Virus record (IMG/VR): IMGVR_UViG_3300017784_003818
Span: 1 to 29,722 of that record
DNA: 29,722 nucleotides
Source of the DNA: a virus
Lineage: Duplodnaviria; Caudoviricetes
Strand: one strand, 5' to 3'
Shown here: piece by piece, positions 7,071-15,669 of the stretch
How the letters are laid out: each line of letters opens with the position of its first letter
How positions within the stretch are numbered: the first letter of the stretch is position 1
Made by a program: the position numbers and the translations under genes
Notes under the pieces: generated by a model
What the model saw: the letters and a program-made list of their open reading frames with translations, nothing else
What the model was told of the DNA's origin: nothing
Database searches by the model: none

Positions 7071-7699
7071 TGAGTTTCCTGTTGTTTCCATAATCCTACC
7101 CAATTATTAGACTTTGGGAAATAATCTATCTTAAGGTTATCGGCTTTAATTAGGGTATATCCCATGTTTGACAATGCCCAATTAATAATAAAAAAAGGTA
7201 CTACAAAGTTCATACCACTTCCCTGCCAGCCTGGCCGATATTGTACATTGCCATGAACATTAGGTTCTTCGTACGCAAATACCAATGGGTGTGCTGCATG
7301 TACGCTATCTAATAAAATATGCTTGGGAGAGCAATTATTGACTATTAATTCTAATAGATGCAATGGACTATGTAGATGGTACAAGACTCCAAAACAAACG
7401 ACAACATCAAAATTTTTAGGAGACTGCAATGCTATCATAATATCATCACATAAGACATTGTCGATCCCTTTGATTAATCTTAGGATATCTACGGCGCTTG
7501 AATCGCCCTCGATTAATTCTAGATACGATGGATTATTTTTGATTATTAGTTTACTATGATCGGCAAGCGACCAAGGACCAAGCTCCAGCACACGAGATTT
7601 TTCGCAAACATGAAAGTAATGTTTGTTAAGATATTCTAGGTATTCTGATTTTGATCCTGTGACTGCTTCTTGATTAGTGAGAACATCATATGGGTGCAT
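7067..7699 (-). CDS. Class I SAM-dependent methyltransferase
   Basis: RVLELGP motif I and FDVVVCFGVLYHL; visibly AT-richer than its neighbours. Confidence 0.8.
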   Translation of the reverse strand: MHPYDVLTNQEAVTGSKSEYLEYLNKHYFHVCEKSRVLELGPWSLADHSKLIIKNNPSYLELIEGDSSAVDILRLIKGIDNVLCDDIMIALQSPKNFDVVVCFGVLYHLHSPLHLLELIVNNCSPKHILLDSVHAAHPLVFAYEEPNVHGNVQYRPGWQGSGMNFVVPFFIINWALSNMGYTLIKADNLKIDYFPKSNNWVGLWKQQETQ

Positions 7700-7707
7700 G
7701 TTGTCAA

Positions 7708-8148
7708 TTAATCCTCGGCCTCAACCTCGTTACGGAAAGGCCCTTTGTATTCATATCGTTGCAGAACAATCAACTTGGGGCTCTGGACCACTTGCCAAGT
7801 GCGGCCAGTACGCACACGATACCATCCAGCAGCAAACCAAGACTTGGACCTAGGTTCTCGTGTCCAGAGAGGTACCTGATGCTTGACATCATAGATGGCA
7901 TTGTATGGGCGCCCGGTAGTAGGGAACCCGTTAACCTCATTATCAACTACAGGCGCAGCTTTCTTCTTAACCGGTTCAAAGTCAATTTGAACTTTTTGTT
8001 TAAGAGTCTTGATGGATTTGTATTGTTGTACAACGTTGTTGATTTTGATTTGAAATCCATCTGGCCCAGCTTCGATGTTGCCGACTTTGATGTCACCTTG
8101 CCGTAGGATCCAATACTGATTAGGTATTACTGTTTTGGCTACTATCAT
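7708..8148 (-). CDS. Conserved phage hypothetical protein
   Basis: 146 aa ORF in the operon; SKSWFAAGWY, SPKLIVLQRYEYKGPF. Confidence 0.75.
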   Translation of the reverse strand: MIVAKTVIPNQYWILRQGDIKVGNIEAGPDGFQIKINNVVQQYKSIKTLKQKVQIDFEPVKKKAAPVVDNEVNGFPTTGRPYNAIYDVKHQVPLWTREPRSKSWFAAGWYRVRTGRTWQVVQSPKLIVLQRYEYKGPFRNEVEAED

Positions 8149-9145
8149 TATTAAGTACTCCTGGGTATGTTTGGTTCAGCCAACGACCGAATTGTTCTGC
8201 TGATTCAGATGCACGATTGAGTTCAAACTTGCCGCAAAACTTCATGAACCGTGCACCCACTTGTCCGATATCTCTGTGTCTAATTTGGGTTTTGATTGCG
8301 GTGTCTACCGCTGACTTGATGTTGTCGGGTTGTGCAGTAAGATCAATCAGCATGAGATTGCGCTGATAGTCATCCAGCACACGATGTTCGGCACCTTCAT
8401 GATCAGTCCAGCGTTGCAACATGAGATTGTTCCACGCATAACCTTGACGTTCTCGATCAGCAAATGCCTCAAGAAGCCCTATTTTGTTCTTGGTGCCCTT
8501 GACACGCACGCCGGGATAGGCCGAGAACACATTGTCGCTGGAATCTCCACGCATGCACTTTTCAAACAGTAGCCATTTGGGTTCGGGAACAGTCTTGGGT
8601 AGCTTGGTTTTTTTGTCAATTACGAGTTTGTTTTTGGCGTCAAAAATGCCTTCAAGAGTCAGCAGCTCGTCGGTGATGCCGTTGAACTGTTGCACGTTTG
8701 GTGCAAGCAATTGAACGAAGTCGGTGTCGCTGCTGACAATATAATGTTGGTCTTGGGGGTGTAACGCTATCCACCGCGCAATGATGTCATCGGCTTCGGC
8801 GTTTTCATGTCGGATAACTGAACAGTTGGTCTGCTCACTCAAGTATTTAGTAAAGTTATCAAATGTTTCCCAGAACAGTTTGTCTTCTTCTTGCTCTTTT
8901 TCTGTAGCAGCGGCCCGCACTTCAGCACGGTTGCGCTTGTAAGGAAGATACACATCCTTGCGCCAGCTGCGCCCCTCGAGTGCGAACACAACATGGTCAG
9001 CGTTGAACTTACGAGCCACCTTGTTTACTGCACTGAGTGTGATGTGTAGTGCGTAGCCAATCTTTTCCCAAGGATCACTGGCACGGAACGCCACATGACG
9101 TGCACGGAAGAACATGTTTGCAGTATCAATCAAAAGATATTTCAT
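8120..9145 (-). CDS. rnh: RNase H / 5'-3' exonuclease (T4 rnh, FEN-like)
   Basis: Start MKYLLIDTANMFFR at 9145 (TAATG overlap); YKRNR, EADDII, SSDTDFVQL, GDSSDNV. Confidence 0.9.
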   Translation of the reverse strand: MKYLLIDTANMFFRARHVAFRASDPWEKIGYALHITLSAVNKVARKFNADHVVFALEGRSWRKDVYLPYKRNRAEVRAAATEKEQEEDKLFWETFDNFTKYLSEQTNCSVIRHENAEADDIIARWIALHPQDQHYIVSSDTDFVQLLAPNVQQFNGITDELLTLEGIFDAKNKLVIDKKTKLPKTVPEPKWLLFEKCMRGDSSDNVFSAYPGVRVKGTKNKIGLLEAFADRERQGYAWNNLMLQRWTDHEGAEHRVLDDYQRNLMLIDLTAQPDNIKSAVDTAIKTQIRHRDIGQVGARFMKFCGKFELNRASESAEQFGRWLNQTYPGVLNNDSSQNSNT

Positions 9146-9858
9146 TAGGTGATCAGTTTGTGTTGTATCATGTATTGTAACACATATCGACTCCAGGCCG
9201 CATGGGCTTCTTGTCCAAAATGCCAAGAATCAGGTGCAACTGTTTGGAAATCGTTGTTTTTTAGCCACTGGTGGTAGGTCAATGCGGGATCATAAGGACC
9301 TATATAGCTATTTCCCCAATATCGCCGGTTCTCTGGTTGTATGTTGCCAAAGTGATTATTTCCGTTCGAGAAAACATGTTTCACTCCCAATGCGGTTAGC
9401 TCAAGATGAAAATCCCAAATAGTTTGATGTGCTTGGTTGGTTGCCTGTTTCCAGTCAACACTGACCACAAAGTTTTTGTACTGCTCTTTTAGCTCATCGG
9501 GAACTTGATCGATGCCTGATGCGTTAACTTGGTAGTAGACACCATTATGTAACCATTCTTCACGCTCCCAGGTGCTCCATTGAATGACTACTAGAACCTC
9601 GGTAGTTGAAAGATCTGTATCTTTTAACCATTGCCGTGCAGTGCGAAGTATCCTGGTGTTTGAACTGGCGGATTCTGCGTCACACTTGTAACTGGTTTTG
9701 AAAACATCAGATAATCTTTTGCCCCAGCTAACCGCCGAGTTATCTGGATGTGGTACACGGCCCATGTAAAAGTAGCGATGATCATCCTCGGCAAATGCAT
9801 GACAGTTAACAGCTTCGGCAGCCGCAGCATGGCTATCGCCATTGACGTATAAGATCAT
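9145..9858 (-). CDS. SGNH/GDSL hydrolase-like protein
   Basis: YVNGDSH at the N-terminus, SSN block and C-terminal DSWH. Confidence 0.65.
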   Translation of the reverse strand: MILYVNGDSHAAAAEAVNCHAFAEDDHRYFYMGRVPHPDNSAVSWGKRLSDVFKTSYKCDAESASSNTRILRTARQWLKDTDLSTTEVLVVIQWSTWEREEWLHNGVYYQVNASGIDQVPDELKEQYKNFVVSVDWKQATNQAHQTIWDFHLELTALGVKHVFSNGNNHFGNIQPENRRYWGNSYIGPYDPALTYHQWLKNNDFQTVAPDSWHFGQEAHAAWSRYVLQYMIQHKLIT

Positions 9859-10334
9859 TGGGCGCCTTTACAATTCTTTAAACTTTCTGATTCTACTACC
9901 CGTTTTCTCAGACTGCTACTGCTGAAGCTGTGGTCTCTTGCGTTGTAGATAATTTTGATGTTGCGTTGTGTGCAAATAGTTTTACCGGTAAAGTCACGGG
10001 CTGCGTACTCGATGCCCAGTATCCTAACATCCACAGGCAGTATAAGCAACAGGTCTTCTAGATCTTTTTCTGTTTGGTATACTACAACCTCATCAACATA
10101 CCGAGTAGCAGCCAACTGAATCTGCCGTTCCACAATGGTTTGAACCGGGGCATTCTTGGTTTCTGGCCTGTCTATGGTTGGATCTGTTTGTAGACCTGCA
10201 ATCAAGTAGTCACAGTAGTTCTTGGCTTCACTCAACATTGCAATATGCCCGGCGTGCAGCATATCAAATGTACTAAACACAATGCCGATTGTTTTACCCT
10301 GCTCTTTGAGCTCTTTTACTTTGTTGAATATCAT
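9855..10334 (-). CDS. TagD-like cytidylyltransferase
   Basis: FSTFDMLHAGH (HIGH motif), YLIAGLQTD, RYVDEV, SSSSLR. Confidence 0.85.
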   Translation of the reverse strand: MIFNKVKELKEQGKTIGIVFSTFDMLHAGHIAMLSEAKNYCDYLIAGLQTDPTIDRPETKNAPVQTIVERQIQLAATRYVDEVVVYQTEKDLEDLLLILPVDVRILGIEYAARDFTGKTICTQRNIKIIYNARDHSFSSSSLRKRVVESESLKNCKGAQ

Positions 10335-10337
10335 ACT

Positions 10338-10730
10338 TCAACTTACTTCTCTTCGCCCGTTGCCTAGATTCCTACTGCGTACATAAGGTTGTGGGTTCAT
10401 GGCTTGTTCCTGCTCCCATGTTTCCATTACAACGTGTCTGCAGACATTCTGGAACCACCGGTCTACAATTTCCGAGTCAGTGTCCTCACGCTTGAGTTGA
10501 TATCCGGCACGCACTAGATTAGCAACAAACTTTTCATTCCAGTCGATTTCAAATGCACCCTGATGCAGATTTTCGGGATCGACCTCTAGTCCAAGGATTG
10601 CCACATACGGTTCTCCGCGTTCGGTGGCCAGCTCCTTGGGAGATTTCTTTGGTGCAGCAGCGGCCTTCGGAGCCTTTGGTGCTTCGGGCTCCGCTGGCTT
10701 TGTAAATTTTTTCTTCAGATATTCAAACAT
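10338..10730 (-). CDS. Conserved phage hypothetical protein
   Basis: Start MFEYLKK at 10730 (TGATG overlap with queE); GAFEIDWNEKFV, EIVDRWF. Confidence 0.7.
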   Translation of the reverse strand: MFEYLKKKFTKPAEPEAPKAPKAAAAPKKSPKELATERGEPYVAILGLEVDPENLHQGAFEIDWNEKFVANLVRAGYQLKREDTDSEIVDRWFQNVCRHVVMETWEQEQAMNPQPYVRSRNLGNGRREVS

Positions 10731-11587
10731 CAAGTGCCCCACTCGTTCTTGAACAGCGGCACTTGGAGCCGATCGCTATACCTTAGCCCATGTTTGATTG
10801 CAAATGCCGCCACGTTGCGATTGTTCATGCCGTACACCTTTTCTACCCCGCCAATGGGCATCAGGTAAGCAGGCCCTTTAAATCCAGCTGCACGGTAAAT
10901 CTCTATAACTTCTAGTGCTTCAGCAGCATCCTCTTCGGACGCAATTACAAACTTTAGATAGGTGTATCCTAATTTTTCGTATTCGCATACGACTTCAGGA
11001 AGAATAGCATCTTCTCTTGATTCGCCACTGACCCCAAGCTTGGCGCTGACACTAAATGTAATAGCGTTGTATCCGCGTTTCTTAATACCCCAATCTTCGA
11101 GATATTGTTTGAACTCACCGGTTAACTGTTGAGTACCATTGGTTTCAAACGTGATCTCTTTCAGTCCTTGCATTGACGAATGGTTCAACAAGTCTGGATA
11201 AGCACGTTGCCATCCCAGCAAGGGTTCTCCACCTGTGATAACCAAGTGTTCTTCACGCCATTCTTTGTGTGGCAGCATTTCACAAATGCTCTTGACAATG
11301 TCCTTGGTATCAATCACCGGGCTAAGATGCTTAAATGCAGGATCCCAAGACGCATAGCTGTCGCATCCGGTACTAACAAGAGGCAGTTCTTTGTAGTTAG
11401 CGTATGGACCAAAACTGTCTAAGGCAGCAATCTTGATACGCTCTTGGCTTTTCTCGCCACGCGGCATACCAAATCCGTCGCAGGTAAAGTTGCAACCGAA
11501 TGTGCGCAAGAAGATTGACGGCACCCCCATAAATTTTCCCTCTCCCTGAATTGAGTAAAATAATTCAGCTATCTTAATCTTTGACAT
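10730..11587 (-). CDS. queE: 7-carboxy-7-deazaguanine synthase QueE (radical SAM)
   Basis: ELFYSIQGEG, FLRTFGCNFTC...GCDS, VITGGEPLL, FETNGT, YSDRLQ; folE and queD are nearby. Confidence 0.9.
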   Translation of the reverse strand: MSKIKIAELFYSIQGEGKFMGVPSIFLRTFGCNFTCDGFGMPRGEKSQERIKIAALDSFGPYANYKELPLVSTGCDSYASWDPAFKHLSPVIDTKDIVKSICEMLPHKEWREEHLVITGGEPLLGWQRAYPDLLNHSSMQGLKEITFETNGTQQLTGEFKQYLEDWGIKKRGYNAITFSVSAKLGVSGESREDAILPEVVCEYEKLGYTYLKFVIASEEDAAEALEVIEIYRAAGFKGPAYLMPIGGVEKVYGMNNRNVAAFAIKHGLRYSDRLQVPLFKNEWGT

Positions 11588-12116
11588 TACAATATTCCGT
11601 TAATTCGTTTAATGATACAAACATTTTCTGGCATTCAAACCCTTCTTTTTTCCATTTACTATTTGGCATACACCAACTTCTAACAGTAGTATGATTGACT
11701 TTATAGAATTCTCCAGCGTGTTGCAATGATGGAAACATCCCATTAGGAGTTGTTACAAACATTTTCCAATTTGGACGATCGTTATGATTAATTTTAATTA
11801 TACTATCTTCTACGTCCGGTACGCTAAATTCTCTTTCCATATATCCTATTGCTTTTTTTAGGTATTCAACATTGTCTTGAAATTTTCCTAATGCCATATT
11901 ACAGTTTGTACACAACAATCCTCTAACTTTTTTAGTAGTATGACAATGATCAACTGCTAGTGCCCTATTACACGGTTCTGGTTTTTCACATATAGCACAC
12001 ATATAATTTTGTGATTTAGCAATAGCTTCATAATGATCGGCGTGTATTCCAAATTTTTTAATAAGATCTGATCTCTGTCTGCGTTTAATTGTTCTTTCTT
12101 TTGAATGTAGTTGCAT
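11574..12116 (-). CDS. Endonuclease VII-family (His-Me finger) free-standing homing endonuclease
   Basis: CAICEK...LAVDHCHTTKKVRGLLCTNCNMALG plus a C-terminal HTH-like domain; AT-rich; inserted in the queE 5' end. Confidence 0.85.
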   Translation of the reverse strand: MQLHSKERTIKRRQRSDLIKKFGIHADHYEAIAKSQNYMCAICEKPEPCNRALAVDHCHTTKKVRGLLCTNCNMALGKFQDNVEYLKKAIGYMEREFSVPDVEDSIIKINHNDRPNWKMFVTTPNGMFPSLQHAGEFYKVNHTTVRSWCMPNSKWKKEGFECQKMFVSLNELTEYCNVKD

Positions 12117-12123
12117 AATGTTC

Positions 12124-12152
12124 TCCTCACACTTATTTATACAGAGCGAGGA
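12124..12152 (-). promoter_or_regulatory. RBS-sequestering hairpin with late promoter TATAAATA (12134-12141) in the loop
   Basis: Minus strand TCCTCGCTCT-GTATAAATA-AGTGTGAGGA: 9/10 pairs (one G.U); the 3' arm carries most of the GAGGAG RBS. Confidence 0.8.
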
Positions 12153-12163
12153 TATATATACTT

Positions 12164-12217
12164 TTAATAGACGCCTTGGATGCTATAAAATAGTTCTGAG
12201 ATTTTAAGTTTGCTCAT
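12164..12217 (-). pseudogene. queE: Orphaned original 5' end of queE (17 codons)
   Basis: MSKLKISELFYSIQGVY* versus functional MSKIKIAELFYSIQGEG; ATGA-coupled to the upstream mazG-like gene. Confidence 0.85.
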
Positions 12218-12504
12218 TCTGTTGTAACGTCATGTGTAAAAATATTCGACCATTTATGCAGTTTTGCTCGTTTTTGGAGCGCAGCATCATATACTTTCTT
12301 TTCGCTGAGAACACCCATCTCCATCATCAACTGAAGCATGCAAAGCAAGTCACCTGCTTCTTCTTCAAGATGTTCCCGGTTAGTCACTCGTGCTTGTGGC
12401 TTGCAATTGTCAATCCCAAACCTAGAGCACTTGCTGACAGCTTGAATGACCTCGGCACATTCTTCTTGAAGAATGTTCATAACTTCAGTTTCTTTGGAAT
12501 TCAT
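12214..12504 (-). CDS. MazG-like NTP pyrophosphohydrolase
   Basis: ILQEECAEVIQAVSK...LEEEAGDLL (EExxE...EExxD). Confidence 0.85.
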   Translation of the reverse strand: MNSKETEVMNILQEECAEVIQAVSKCSRFGIDNCKPQARVTNREHLEEEAGDLLCMLQLMMEMGVLSEKKVYDAALQKRAKLHKWSNIFTHDVTTE

Positions 12505-12523
12505 ATTGCTAGTTTAACATAGA

Positions 12524-12530
12524 TATTTAG
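12524..12530 (-). promoter_or_regulatory. Late-promoter-like motif
   Basis: Intergenic CTAAATA. Confidence 0.4.
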
Positions 12531-12581
12531 ATTACACAAGCTGTTTGGCTAATATTTTGGCTGTACCGGCTACTGTTATTT

Positions 12582-12953
12582 TCATGCCGCAAGCACAAAA
12601 CCCTTGAGCCTGGGCGGTTCCCAGTTTGTGGGTTTGAGAATTTTACCATCTTCTCTACGAATAACTTTACCAGTACGTTGATCAACCTTGGCAAAGTTAC
12701 TGCGCATTACTTCCTTCCAGGCGCCCGGGGAGTCAACGCCCATGCTGTGCAGTGCACCGGCTGTAACCACCATGATATCAATCAAGGCATCCAGCTGCTC
12801 AACACGATCGCTACTGGCAACAGCAGCGGCCAACTCGGCAACTTCCTCCTTGATCAAGTCACAGTACAACTTGAATTGTTCTGCATTGGGCGTGTCAATA
12901 GTTTGCCCACATGCTCGCATAAACTTACGTTGGTCATCAAAAACATCACTCAT
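12582..12953 (-). CDS. MazG-superfamily NTP pyrophosphohydrolase (DR2231/PRA-PH-like, possible dUTPase)
   Basis: LIKEEVAEL, EQLDALIDI, EVMRSNFAK, RREDGKILKP. Confidence 0.85.
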   Translation of the reverse strand: MSDVFDDQRKFMRACGQTIDTPNAEQFKLYCDLIKEEVAELAAAVASSDRVEQLDALIDIMVVTAGALHSMGVDSPGAWKEVMRSNFAKVDQRTGKVIRREDGKILKPTNWEPPRLKGFVLAA

Positions 12954-12978
12954 ATAAACTCCTGTTTTATGTTAAGTA

Positions 12979-13917
12979 TCAACGATTGAGCCATTCGGGA
13001 TTGTCCCGATACCACTGAATAGTGTGTGCTAATCGTTGATCGATTGCTGCTGGTTCTTGCCACCCTAGATCATATAGTTTACTAGGATCAATGCTGTAAC
13101 ACAAGTCGTGTCCTGGACGATCTATCGGAACTAATTTATATAGCAGTTCAAGATCCATCAAGCGGGCTATTTTTTGTGCAAACTCAAGGTTATCAATAAA
13201 TCTACTTCCGGCACTGTTCCATTTTTCACACTGTGTGGTCTGTGTTTGTAGAATAAATCTTGTGTGGCCGGCTACATCTCCAGCATACAACCATCGCCGC
13301 CCACCAATTACTCCATCTGTGCCCACGTGCAGGTTTATGGTCTGGCCTGCTAGCAATTGGCGCATGATTATAACTGGTAGCCGATTGCTTTGACAACGTG
13401 GGCCAAACGTGTTGTTGATGTGAATGATACTGACAGGAATACCAAACGAGTTGGCGTAAGATACGCATAGCTCTTCCCCGGCAGCCTTGGATGCTGCGTA
13501 AGGTGAGCGGCTATGGTAAGCATCGTTGGGCTGACTATCTTGCCCAACAGCAACAGGCCCAAACACTTCTCCTGAACTGTAGTACACAAATCGTTCAACT
13601 CGGTTATGCCGCGCATACTCTAGTAGATTTAATGTGCCTACTACATTATCCATGACCGACGCTGTGGGGTTGCTTAAACTGTCTGCTGCACTAGGGTTGG
13701 CGCCGGCGTGTAGTATTATGTCTGCTGCCGGTAGGCACAGACAAGAGTTTTTGATATCGTGCTCGATAATCTCAACCGCAGTTGCAATTTGTTGCAAGCG
13801 AGCCATGTTAGTGGTCCCGGGCCGAACTACACAAATCACAATGTGATCCTGTAGGAACTCTTCTGCTAGATAATGTCCAACAAATCCATTACTACCGGTG
13901 ATTAATACAGTTTTCAT
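12979..13917 (-). CDS. NAD-dependent epimerase/dehydratase (extended SDR)
   Basis: ITGSNGFVG, SSGEVFG, PYAASK (YxxxK), NTFGP. Confidence 0.9.
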   Translation of the reverse strand: MKTVLITGSNGFVGHYLAEEFLQDHIVICVVRPGTTNMARLQQIATAVEIIEHDIKNSCLCLPAADIILHAGANPSAADSLSNPTASVMDNVVGTLNLLEYARHNRVERFVYYSSGEVFGPVAVGQDSQPNDAYHSRSPYAASKAAGEELCVSYANSFGIPVSIIHINNTFGPRCQSNRLPVIIMRQLLAGQTINLHVGTDGVIGGRRWLYAGDVAGHTRFILQTQTTQCEKWNSAGSRFIDNLEFAQKIARLMDLELLYKLVPIDRPGHDLCYSIDPSKLYDLGWQEPAAIDQRLAHTIQWYRDNPEWLNR

Positions 13918-14588
13918 AAGCTGTGTGTGTAAACTTGATCGATATCGGATGCCATCACTTGGCTGTATCCCATGTCAATAAAAAATTTATCAAACTGCTT
14001 TTGATTTACGTTGTATCTGGCTGCCCAAGGGCTGTACCATTCTACTATAATCACTGGATGATATTTTTCTATTGTGTTCTGTGCACCCGTCAACGCAAAA
14101 TATTCATACCCTTCGATGTCCAATTGTATGAGACCACAGCCAGGCAGATTCAACTCGTCGATAATCACAGTTGGTACCACACCTTTGCCACCCACATGTA
14201 TTCCGCCGGCATCGGCAGTGTCGGCACCATGTTCTCTATATGTGTTTAATCCTACAAAATTCTTATTGTTGCCCACACAGGCCTGTGTTTTAATAACGTT
14301 AGTAGGGCAGTTCAAAGACAGACATACAAAGTTTAGTGGGTCAGGCTCAAAAGTATACACAGTGTCAAACAAATTTGCATATTGTCGTACATACTGCCCA
14401 CAATTGCCCCCGGCTTGTACCATGATGCTGCGATCAGATACATGACTCATTAGTGCGTCAAAAAATTCCTGACCCAATGGATACTGATGCATGTAGCTCC
14501 AGCAGCCCTGATCGTATTTTGGCCAGTACAGATTGCCTAACTCTGGTCTACTCGATACTCGCAGTTCTATTAAATCGGATATATTCAT
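13914..14588 (-). CDS. FkbM-family methyltransferase
   Basis: VQAGGNCG, YTFEPDP, IQLDIEGYE, GAQNTIEKYHPVIIVE. Confidence 0.85.
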   Translation of the reverse strand: MNISDLIELRVSSRPELGNLYWPKYDQGCWSYMHQYPLGQEFFDALMSHVSDRSIMVQAGGNCGQYVRQYANLFDTVYTFEPDPLNFVCLSLNCPTNVIKTQACVGNNKNFVGLNTYREHGADTADAGGIHVGGKGVVPTVIIDELNLPGCGLIQLDIEGYEYFALTGAQNTIEKYHPVIIVEWYSPWAARYNVNQKQFDKFFIDMGYSQVMASDIDQVYTHSL

Positions 14589-15064
14589 GATCTTCTAATA
14601 TTTAGATAACAAGGTTGGTTGTTGTACAAAAATTCTTCCCAGATTGATTCAAGTTCTTGCACAGTATCTGGTTGGTAAATCTTAATGTTGGGGAATACGC
14701 CGATAGCCCGGCCAGCGTCCTCGGCCCAGTGACTGAATCCCAAGTGCCCGTAGTCTTGATCTCGTCCTGCGCCTACTAGCTTTACTGGCGCAAGTTCGTG
14801 GTCTAGATAGTTACGAATCCACTCATAAGGACGAAACACTACAAATGGTGTGATGCTATAACAAATGGGAATTTTGCCACAGTGTGTGAGCCCCACAGCA
14901 GCACCTAGCATTAACTGCTCTGCTGCTCCAACATTGAGGGCACGATCCGGAGCTACCTGCCTTGATTTGTTCAGCACACCAAACCCTAAGTCGCCGGACA
15001 GCAACCACACGTTGGGATCTGTTACTAGTGTATCTGCCATGAGTTCGCCAAATCTATTTCTCAT
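14585..15064 (-). CDS. Transketolase-like pyrimidine-binding subunit
   Basis: LLSGDLG, NVGAAEQLMLGAAVGL, RPYEWIR, GFSHWAED; ATGA overlaps on both sides. Confidence 0.85.
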   Translation of the reverse strand: MRNRFGELMADTLVTDPNVWLLSGDLGFGVLNKSRQVAPDRALNVGAAEQLMLGAAVGLTHCGKIPICYSITPFVVFRPYEWIRNYLDHELAPVKLVGAGRDQDYGHLGFSHWAEDAGRAIGVFPNIKIYQPDTVQELESIWEEFLYNNQPCYLNIRRS

Positions 15065-15669
15065 AGTTTATCCATGTCCTCAGATTTTAACACATAGTAA
15101 TGTGTAAGGATGCCTTGAGCAAAAGGCCAACTTGGCGGTGTAGTGTTGCGTATGTTGATACGTGGCAAGAACGCTCGAAGACGTTGAATAATGTACTCGC
15201 GATCAATAAAATCATACGCAATCATGCCGTTAACATTAACGTATACTTCTAGGTTATCCAGCTGTGCTTCATAGATAAATCTCAGTGCTTCCCAGATAGA
15301 TCCCTCGCCGCACTCGCCGTCACTGATCAAACAATGCACACGACGACCACGATCAGCTAACGCATATCCGGTAGCCACAGTAAGCCCCATCCCTAGACTT
15401 CCGGTAGAGCACGGCAATCCATCTTCTGTGTTCCTATGCGGATGCACTCCGTGTTTGTGAAACAAGTAGTCGGCATCTTTACCTAGGTATTTTTCCAACA
15501 CCACGTACCAAGCCAGAGCTGCATGCCCGGAGCTCAAGATGAATGGCTCGTCGGCCTGCTTGTTTTTATAGATTTCTTCGATGATATTAACCGCATTCAA
15601 GTTTGAACTCAAATGCGATATTTTTTCTCGATAACTGATTTCTATTATTCTTTTTTCAACATCGTTCAT
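15061..15669 (-). CDS. Transketolase-like ThDP-binding (N-terminal) subunit
   Basis: SHLSS, ILSSGHA, STGSLGMG and the SDGECGEGSIWEAL...NVN ThDP motif. Confidence 0.85.
   Translation of the reverse strand: MNDVEKRIIEISYREKISHLSSNLNAVNIIEEIYKNKQADEPFILSSGHAALAWYVVLEKYLGKDADYLFHKHGVHPHRNTEDGLPCSTGSLGMGLTVATGYALADRGRRVHCLISDGECGEGSIWEALRFIYEAQLDNLEVYVNVNGMIAYDFIDREYIIQRLRAFLPRINIRNTTPPSWPFAQGILTHYYVLKSEDMDKL

Larger units (their letters stand above)
11560..12172 (-). mobile_element. Homing endonuclease insertion module (regulatory hairpin, endonuclease and replacement queE 5' end); boundaries approximate
   Basis: Flanked by two versions of the queE N-terminus; AT-rich. Confidence 0.65.

Noticed and set aside
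11543-12172. Group I intron or intein in queE
   Set aside because: The downstream queE has its own complete N-terminus and ATG; the non-coding space is only about 50 nt, too small for a ribozyme core; and the endonuclease is in a different frame from queE.
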